A DNA stretch of 64,000 nucleotides from Terriglobia bacterium (GTDB lineage Bacteria > Acidobacteriota > Terriglobia > JAIQFV01). The stretch's first letter is position 1; the number at the start of each line of letters is the position of its first letter. Shown here piece by piece: positions 57,310 to 64,000 of this stretch. Position numbers and translations under genes: made by a program. Below the pieces are notes generated by a model. It was not told the DNA's origin, did not search any database, and saw nothing but the letters and a program-made list of their open reading frames with translations. The stretch covers positions 108,243 to 172,242 of the forward strand of contig JAIQFY010000010.1 in assembly GCA_020072965.1 (NCBI GenBank). The letters run 5' to 3'.

Positions 57310-58815
57310 TCACACCCTCCTCCGATACATCACCTGAATTCCTTCCCGCCAGTTTTCGTTGAGGCCCACTTTGATCACCTCGATCTCCGGAGGGAGATAT
57401 TTGAGTATTCCTTCAGTGGTGGAGTGGAAGCGAAAGGCCGGAGAGACGACGTATAAGACCGGCGGGCGGGGTCCGACTTTGACCCCGGAGAAATATCCCT
57501 GCCGCTCGAAGTCGCCACGCTCGTGATGCCACTTGACCCGTGTCCAATAGTCCAGCGCCTGAAGGGGTAAATTGATATCCTCTGCAACCTTCAATTCGAT
57601 CACCGCCAATCGACGATCGCGCGTAAGGGTCAGGATATCGATGACTCCTCGATCCAGTCCGGAAAACGCCGGGACCTGCGGATACACGAAGCCGGGATCA
57701 AGGTTGAAGTGGATCTGTCGAATGTCAGATAACACCAGCGACTCCAGCCAGCGTTCTGATTGAAGGCGGTAGTAGGGGTGCCTGGGAGCAGGTGATCGCG
57801 GACATCGGATCGCCTGCAATTCACTGAGGAGGGAGGAGAGTTCTTCGTCCAAACCCTTTTTATATGCCCTCTCCATCGAGCCCACCCCGTAATTGACCCT
57901 CGACAGTTTTTCTTCCCCCAGCCGGGCAAATTCCAGGCCATGAAAACGGATAGAGAAGAGCCTCGAAGCCGGCCGATGAACGATCTCAACCAAGTCCAAT
58001 CTGGAGCGGATCGGCGCGGGCAAAGCATCGAAAGGAATCTGCTCATAACGCAGCGGGACCTGGTCGACGCGCGACAACTTCGTTTCCACGTTGCCGTAGT
58101 CCGCAAGGTCAACCGGAGTCACCATACGGGGGTCTTCTCCGTATTCCAGGAGATCCAACCGAAGCCCTGCGCTTTGTAGGTAGGCCGCCCGAGTCGCCAT
58201 TGTGTAGCTTCTTCCTTCCGGAACGAGCAGTTTGAGCCCCACGACAGGCCGCCTGTCCGGATCTGTGCGCAACTGGTTCATCCAAATCAAGGCAAAGCTC
58301 AAACAGGCATCCACCGTAGACTGGTCCTCTGCGGGATTGACTCCGAAAACCGCCCAGCGACAGTTCCTCTCCACTCCGATTCCACGGCAAAAATGCTCGG
58401 AAAAGGACCGGCTGAGATCTTTCGCTGAAATCATTCTCTCGATCCGGATTTCGGGACAATGGGATCGAAGTATCTGGAGGATTTGACCCGGAAATCTCCG
58501 CCTAGAGGCCTTTCTTTCAACCAGTAACGCTGAGGAGACCAAGGCGTCGAATTCCAGATTGAAGGGAGGAGCGCCGCCATATGCTACCTGCAGAACCAGC
58601 CGGTCGTTTTCGCACTCTTCCAGGCTTATGACTCGCCGCGTGATGGATTGATCGGAGTTCCAAAGGGTGAAGAGGAGTTTTCCGAACTGAATTTCGAAAC
58701 AAAAATGAGAATCCTCAAGCTTAAGCAGACCGGCACGAGGATCACAAATAATCGTACTGGGATGCGACAGCAGGAACAACTCAAGCGTGTCCTTGAGTGC
58801 AATTAAACTATTCAT
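57310..58815 (-). CDS. Hypothetical protein with C-terminal PD-(D/E)xK nuclease-like domain
   Basis: QSERWLE...RGVIDIL...LAVIELK...QALDY, a NucS/RecB-type nuclease motif order. Confidence 0.75.
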   Translation of the reverse strand: MNSLIALKDTLELFLLSHPSTIICDPRAGLLKLEDSHFCFEIQFGKLLFTLWNSDQSITRRVISLEECENDRLVLQVAYGGAPPFNLEFDALVSSALLVERKASRRRFPGQILQILRSHCPEIRIERMISAKDLSRSFSEHFCRGIGVERNCRWAVFGVNPAEDQSTVDACLSFALIWMNQLRTDPDRRPVVGLKLLVPEGRSYTMATRAAYLQSAGLRLDLLEYGEDPRMVTPVDLADYGNVETKLSRVDQVPLRYEQIPFDALPAPIRSRLDLVEIVHRPASRLFSIRFHGLEFARLGEEKLSRVNYGVGSMERAYKKGLDEELSSLLSELQAIRCPRSPAPRHPYYRLQSERWLESLVLSDIRQIHFNLDPGFVYPQVPAFSGLDRGVIDILTLTRDRRLAVIELKVAEDINLPLQALDYWTRVKWHHERGDFERQGYFSGVKVGPRPPVLYVVSPAFRFHSTTEGILKYLPPEIEVIKVGLNENWREGIQVMYRRRV

Positions 58816-59280
58816 CGGAGCAACCGAGGGGGATCGGGGGTGGGTTCAAGAACGTGGTAACCCGTGTATGATATCGCGAAGATGTTCTCCATCAAAGAGG
58901 AAACTTCTTCCGCATCCACGAATCGGAGTCTACAGCTCTCCTGCTGAAACCGACCTCCCGCAAAGACGCCATGCTGCAGAGCAAACCTCGGAATCAGAGG
59001 GACACGTGAGGAGGCCAGTTCCTCCTGATTTTAGGCGGTTCAATCCATTTAGGCAGGCGCCATGACGGGGGGGGGTTCTTTGATCGCAATTCGGGTCTGA
59101 GGCGAGGTGTAGAGTGAAGTGTAATTACCAAGAAAAAATGGCAGGCAGGCGATACATCTGCATGTCCTGATTCGCTACCTTCAAGGGCGACTCATTTTGG
59201 ATGCAGCGATACTCCTTCGTGGTTCGAGCTAAGGCCGAAAAAAGATAAAAAATCGATTGTCCGGAGAGAGAAAGCGCGGC

Positions 59281-61389
59281 TTACGCTTCCTCCTCTTCCT
59301 CCTCCTTACCAGCCCTTGCGGCCTTTGCGGCTTCTATGATCTTCTGGGATATCTGAGCCGGGACGATATCGTAATGTGAGAATTCCATGGCGTAGGTGCC
59401 CCGGCCCTGTGTTGCTGATGTGAGGACAGGCGCGTAGGTCAACATCTCGGCCATGGGAACCTGGGCCTTAATAATCTGGTTGCCTGCACGAGAATCCATG
59501 CCCTGGATACGTCCCCGGCGTGAATTCAGGTCCCCCATCAAATCTCCCGCATACTGCTCGGGAGCAATGATCTCCACATTCATAATGGGTTCGAGCAGGA
59601 CGGGCCTGGCCTGCTCCATCGCCTTCTTGAAGGCCAGTGAGCCGGCAATCTTAAAAGCCAGTTCCGACGAGTCGACGTCGTGATAGGAGCCGTCGTAAAG
59701 GATGGTCCTGAAATCTACGACCGGATAGCCGGCTAGAAAACCGCGGGAGGCAGCGTCGATGATCCCCTTCTCCACCGCCGGGATGAAATTGCGGGGGATG
59801 GATCCTCCGAAGATCTCATTCACAAACTCGAAGCCCTGTCCCCGGGGGAGCGGTTCCATCTTGATTTTGCAGTCTCCGTATTGCCCGTGACCTCCGGTCT
59901 GCTTCTTGTGACGGCCCTGCGCATCCGCTTTCCCGACGACGGTCTCCCGGTAGGGTACTTTGGGGGTTTTCAACTTGACTTCCACCTGATAACGCCGTTT
60001 CAGCCGGGACACGATGATTTCGATGTGTTGCTGACCCGTGCCCGAAAGCAGCAATTCATGGGTTTGCGGATCGCGGCTGAATCGGAGGGCAAGATCTTCC
60101 TCAAGGATTCTGTGGATGGCGGTACCGATGCGGTCTTCATCCTGACGCGACTTCGGTTCGATCGCAAACGCGATGGCGGGCTCAGGGAATTTGACCGGCC
60201 GGTAATAAATCGGATGCGCTTTGTCCCCCAAGGAGTCTCCGGTCAAGGTATCTTTTAGTTTGGCGACCGCCCCAATATCTCCAGCCCTCAACTCGGGAAC
60301 CGCAGTTGTATTTTTTCCCTGGAGCACGCCAATGTGGGCCATCTTTTCGGACGATCCGCGGGTAAAGTTATGGACGGTGGCATCGTTCTTCAGAATTCCC
60401 GAGTACACCCGAAAGTAGGTGACCCGGCCTGCAAACGGGTCGGCCACTGTCTTGAAGACAAACATCGAAAGCGGCTCGTCTTCCGCCACCTTGCGGATGA
60501 TCTCCTCTTCCCATTGAGGCGATACATGCCCCACCACGGGTCGCGCGTTGGCCGCGGGCATGTAGGCGACAACCGCATCAAGAAGATTTTGAGCACCGAT
60601 ATTGTAAAATCCCGATGCACACAGGACGGGCACGATGCGGCGCTCCAGGATGGCCTGTATCAGACCCTTTTCAAGATCCTCTACCGGCAAGGTTCCCTTT
60701 TCAAAAAACTCCTCCATCAGGGCATCGTTCCCCTCGGCAACCTGTTCCACAAGCGCCTCGTGCGCCTTTTGCGCGGCATCCTGCAATTCCGGCGGGATGG
60801 CACTCTCCGTCGCCTTGCCGCTGCCTGAGGTGTCATAAAGGTAAGCCTTCATACAGATGAGATCGATGACTCCTCGAAACACTTTTTCCACGCCGATGGG
60901 AAGTTGAATGGCCACCGGAGTGCGTCCAAAATTCTGCCGGATCGATTCCAGGGAGCGCTCAAAACTGGCGCGCTCCCGATCGAGTTTGTTCATGATGATG
61001 AGGCGGGGGAGGTTGAATTCATCGGCAAACGACCATACCTTTTCGGTCTGCACTTCCACGCCGGCCACGGCATCAACGACCACCACTGCCCCATCAGCCA
61101 CCCGCAACGCCGCCCGCGTGTCGTTGATGAAGAAGCCATACCCCGGGGTGTCGAGGAAGTTGATCTTCGTCTTGTTCCATTCCGCGTAGGCGAGGGAAGT
61201 ACCGATGGTAATCTTCCGCTCGATTTCCTCTTCGTCATAGTCAGTGACCGTGGTCCCGTCGTCGACGCGACCCAGCCGGTTGACCATTCCCGAAGTAAAT
61301 AAAAGCCCGGAGACAATTGAGGTCTTGCCTGAACTTCCATGTCCCACAAAACAGAGATTGCGAATGCTTCCCCCCTCGTAGACCTTCAC
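59281..61389 (-). CDS. Elongation factor G paralogue (EF-G2 type)
   Basis: GHGSSGKTS; ERKITI; DTPG; NKLD; KKQTGGHGQYG; DGSYHDVDSSE. Lies outside the str operon. Confidence 0.92.
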   Translation of the reverse strand: MKVYEGGSIRNLCFVGHGSSGKTSIVSGLLFTSGMVNRLGRVDDGTTVTDYDEEEIERKITIGTSLAYAEWNKTKINFLDTPGYGFFINDTRAALRVADGAVVVVDAVAGVEVQTEKVWSFADEFNLPRLIIMNKLDRERASFERSLESIRQNFGRTPVAIQLPIGVEKVFRGVIDLICMKAYLYDTSGSGKATESAIPPELQDAAQKAHEALVEQVAEGNDALMEEFFEKGTLPVEDLEKGLIQAILERRIVPVLCASGFYNIGAQNLLDAVVAYMPAANARPVVGHVSPQWEEEIIRKVAEDEPLSMFVFKTVADPFAGRVTYFRVYSGILKNDATVHNFTRGSSEKMAHIGVLQGKNTTAVPELRAGDIGAVAKLKDTLTGDSLGDKAHPIYYRPVKFPEPAIAFAIEPKSRQDEDRIGTAIHRILEEDLALRFSRDPQTHELLLSGTGQQHIEIIVSRLKRRYQVEVKLKTPKVPYRETVVGKADAQGRHKKQTGGHGQYGDCKIKMEPLPRGQGFEFVNEIFGGSIPRNFIPAVEKGIIDAASRGFLAGYPVVDFRTILYDGSYHDVDSSELAFKIAGSLAFKKAMEQARPVLLEPIMNVEIIAPEQYAGDLMGDLNSRRGRIQGMDSRAGNQIIKAQVPMAEMLTYAPVLTSATQGRGTYAMEFSHYDIVPAQISQKIIEAAKAARAGKEEEEEEA

Positions 61390-61659
61390 GCGTAACTCCT
61401 TTCAGGACAGGTAGATTTGAGAACGGTTTTGAGAGATGACGGTAAGAGCAAGTATTCTTGAGCGAGTGAAAAGCCAGCATCCTACCATAGGAATTCCGAA
61501 CGATTCAACCGAAATGGGACAGCGATTCACCATCCTCCGGGGCCTATGCGAGGTGGATTGTTTAATTGAGTTTTCAGGGTAAATCGGTACAATCAGGGCG
61601 CTTCAGCTAGCTCATCGCTCAAGGCGCCAGCGATCTCGAATCAGGAATCCGCCAGTCCC

Positions 61660-62283
61660 ATGCAGGAAACCTTTCAAAAAATAGTCCACCTTTTTGTACT
61701 TTATGGATACTGGACGGTATTCTTCGGTGTCATGCTTGAAAATGCGGGACTCCCGGTTCCGGGGGAATCCGTCCTGCTGGTGGCCAGTTTTCTGGCTGCC
61801 CATAGTGGCGCGGTCAATCTGAAGATCGAGGGGATCATCATCGTTGCCATCTGTGGCGCGACCTTGGGAGACAACCTCGGTTACTGGGTTGGTCGCCGCG
61901 GGGGCCGCCCCTTCCTCAATCGGCATGCCAGGCACTTTTTCATCCGGAAACATCACATCGAGCAAGCCGAGCGCGTCTTCCACCGCTATGGAGCCTGGAC
62001 GGTTTTCTTTGCGCGGTTCATCACCGGACTTCGCGTCGTGGCCGGACCTTTTGCGGGGGTGCTCCACCTGCCCTGGTCGCGATTCCTGCTCTTCAATTTT
62101 TCCGGGGCAGTGCTGTGGACCACGGCAATCTCGTTAGTGGGATATTTCTTTGGGAGTCAATGGCTCCTCCTCTTGAAAATCATCAAACAGTTCGACCTGA
62201 TCGTCCTCGCTATTCTTATCCTTCTCACGGGTTTCCTTTACCTGCGGCATCGTGTCAGGCGCCGAAAAGAGACCTCGCCCTGA
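61660..62283 (+). CDS. DedA family membrane protein
   Basis: LENAGLPVPGE; GDNLGYWVGR; FFARFITGLR. Confidence 0.92.
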   Translation: MQETFQKIVHLFVLYGYWTVFFGVMLENAGLPVPGESVLLVASFLAAHSGAVNLKIEGIIIVAICGATLGDNLGYWVGRRGGRPFLNRHARHFFIRKHHIEQAERVFHRYGAWTVFFARFITGLRVVAGPFAGVLHLPWSRFLLFNFSGAVLWTTAISLVGYFFGSQWLLLLKIIKQFDLIVLAILILLTGFLYLRHRVRRRKETSP

Positions 62284-62295
62284 CAAATCTCCCGC

Positions 62296-62901
62296 TCACT
62301 CTCGTTTCTTTAGAATTCTGTCCTGCATCGAATTCAAGAGTTTGTTGGCTGTGTCATCCAGGCACTGTTGAATTCCCTGAACTACGGCAGCCACCGTGCG
62401 GACAGTAATCGGGCGAGAGCACTCTTCTTCCCCGCGCCAAAGGCCCTGGCCGGTCCTGGCGTCCACCAGTTCGACCTCCAAGGCCACTTCGGCCGACACC
62501 TGCTTGCCCCGATCCGCTTCCTCGAAGCGTCGCAATCGACCCCGCAGTTTATAGTCGGCCTTCTCGATATCCCGGGTGCTGCTAACGTTGGCATAGGCAG
62601 CGGAGTCCTTTAAATGGTGAAGAAAATAATTCGTCACCAGGTCGACTGGCGGGCTGGTCCACCGCTCGTATTCGTAGTAATTCACTTCGTTTTCATTCTG
62701 TCGGTAGAGGATGCGGTCCTCCTGGAGCACGCGGTTGGCGCGGAAGCGGTCAACCATTATGACCTTGGAAATCACCGCCTCACCACTGGAGTGGACATGC
62801 GGAGACTCCACAATGTAATAGTGGGTCTTGGGGAGCCCACCACAGCCCACTGACACTGCGAGAACCAGCATGAGGAACGCTGTCGCTAGCCTTTTGTTCA
62901 T
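62296..62901 (-). CDS. PqiC/ABC-type transport auxiliary lipoprotein
   Basis: Lipobox SVGC; YYIV; DRILYR...YYEYERWTSPP; downstream of the MCE gene. Confidence 0.85.
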   Translation of the reverse strand: MNKRLATAFLMLVLAVSVGCGGLPKTHYYIVESPHVHSSGEAVISKVIMVDRFRANRVLQEDRILYRQNENEVNYYEYERWTSPPVDLVTNYFLHHLKDSAAYANVSSTRDIEKADYKLRGRLRRFEEADRGKQVSAEVALEVELVDARTGQGLWRGEEECSRPITVRTVAAVVQGIQQCLDDTANKLLNSMQDRILKKRE

Positions 62902-63006
62902 CCGTAGCTCTCCTGCCGGAAATGATCTGGTAGACGTCGGATTTCCGGTTGTCCCCGGAAAGGCGTCTGCGACGTCCTTCCGGAATAAAGAATTCTCTCA
63001 CCGGTC

Positions 63007-63984
63007 TTACTTGGGCACCTTCCGGTCGGGCATGGGTTTTACTCGAACCAGGCTGAACGGACGCTGTTTAATGGTCCCAGTGAACTCCGCGAGGTTTTCC
63101 GAGCTGCGTCGAAAGTTCTCTATCATGGCATCGATGTCGCTGCGGTTGGATGCCAGAGCGGAGCCTATCTCTTCCATTAATTTTCGCGCCTGGAGCAGCG
63201 TCGTTTCCAGTTCGGCGAGGTCTTTCTTAATCTGGGGTCGATCTTCAACCACGGTGCCGTCAAGGTGGCTGACCAGCGCATCGAGTTTCGATGTTGCTTT
63301 CCGGATATCATCCATCAAAGGATCCAGTTTCCTGGAGGTCGACTGCAGGTTGGAGGTGATGGCGTCAATCCGCGGCGAATTTTGACCGATCAAGGAATTG
63401 GTTCGCTCAAGCGCTTCCGAAAAATTCTTCCGGTTTCTTTCATTCGTTACCTCGTTCAAATTCGACAACAGCAAATCAGCCCGCGAAGAAATCTGGTTGA
63501 TGTTCTTATCGAGGTCATTCATCAACTTCTGGGCATTGTCAGAAAGCCCATTGAACTTTGTTAGTAACGCGCTGAACTCGGGGGTCTCCTCTGAGTGGAT
63601 GGTGTCGCCCGGCTTAAGCGGAGGCGAGGTCTTGTTTCCGGGGCTGATCTCAATGTAGTTTTCCCCCAGTGCATTGAGCGAGGCCAGCCGCGCGATGCTG
63701 TCGGTCTTCAGGGGAACTCCCTGGCGCAGCCGCAACTCCACTTCGATGAGGGAAGGATCCTGGGGTGCGATATGGACACCGGCGACCTTCCCGACTTTGA
63801 TCCCTCCAAAGCGCACGACGCTGTCGCTTTCAAGTCCTCCGGCAAACTTGAAATAGGTCCTGTACTCCTCGCTGTTGGGGCGGAAGGGGTTGTAGTGAAT
63901 CATCATGGAGATGGCCACAATCAGAATCGCGCCCGCCGCCATTACCAGAATCCCTACCTTCACCTCATCGGATCTTTTTGCCAT
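63007..63984 (-). CDS. MlaD/MCE family protein
   Basis: N-terminal TM; GGL...SVVRFGGIKVGKV; LGENYIEISPG; long coiled coil. Confidence 0.92.
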   Translation of the reverse strand: MAKRSDEVKVGILVMAAGAILIVAISMMIHYNPFRPNSEEYRTYFKFAGGLESDSVVRFGGIKVGKVAGVHIAPQDPSLIEVELRLRQGVPLKTDSIARLASLNALGENYIEISPGNKTSPPLKPGDTIHSEETPEFSALLTKFNGLSDNAQKLMNDLDKNINQISSRADLLLSNLNEVTNERNRKNFSEALERTNSLIGQNSPRIDAITSNLQSTSRKLDPLMDDIRKATSKLDALVSHLDGTVVEDRPQIKKDLAELETTLLQARKLMEEIGSALASNRSDIDAMIENFRRSSENLAEFTGTIKQRPFSLVRVKPMPDRKVPK

Positions 63985-64000
63985 GGTCTGTCCCTCATCC

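Noticed and set aside
59215..59240. tRNA-like GGTTCGAG
   Set aside because: No cloverleaf or acceptor stem around it; no tRNA or rRNA found in the window.

Overview
Bacterial chromosomal window, moderately GC-rich. It is most likely Acidobacteriota, inferred from gene content: acidobacterial-type VWA protein, FG-GAP proteins, tonB-exbB-exbD-exbD-TPR operon, YpdA. Most of it is housekeeping: 2-oxoacid dehydrogenase E1, acyl-CoA dehydrogenase, dksA, comF, surA-like, rpmB, rel, secDF-yajC-tgt, truA, methylmalonyl-CoA mutase, moaDE, suhB, EF-G paralogue, MCE/PqiC. Several things are hidden by the ORF track. (1) Three separate thiol-redox genes are split by an in-frame UGA exactly at the catalytic Cys and followed by SECIS-like hairpins, so they are probable selenoproteins; one has a signal peptide. 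(2) There is a complete REPtron: a RAYT plus three inverted REP pairs. (3) Several 7-nt repeat families sit at gene boundaries, including two inverted ~120-bp composite copies bracketing a 3-kb segment that also holds a candidate ~180-nt ncRNA. (4) There is a vasohibin-like Cys protease. (5) SecF carries a ComEA-like helix-hairpin-helix insert. (6) Two FG-GAP proteins end in a module with one domain split between its two ends. (7) comF has no canonical start codon. All calls come from reading the sequence and recalling motifs; no database searches were run.
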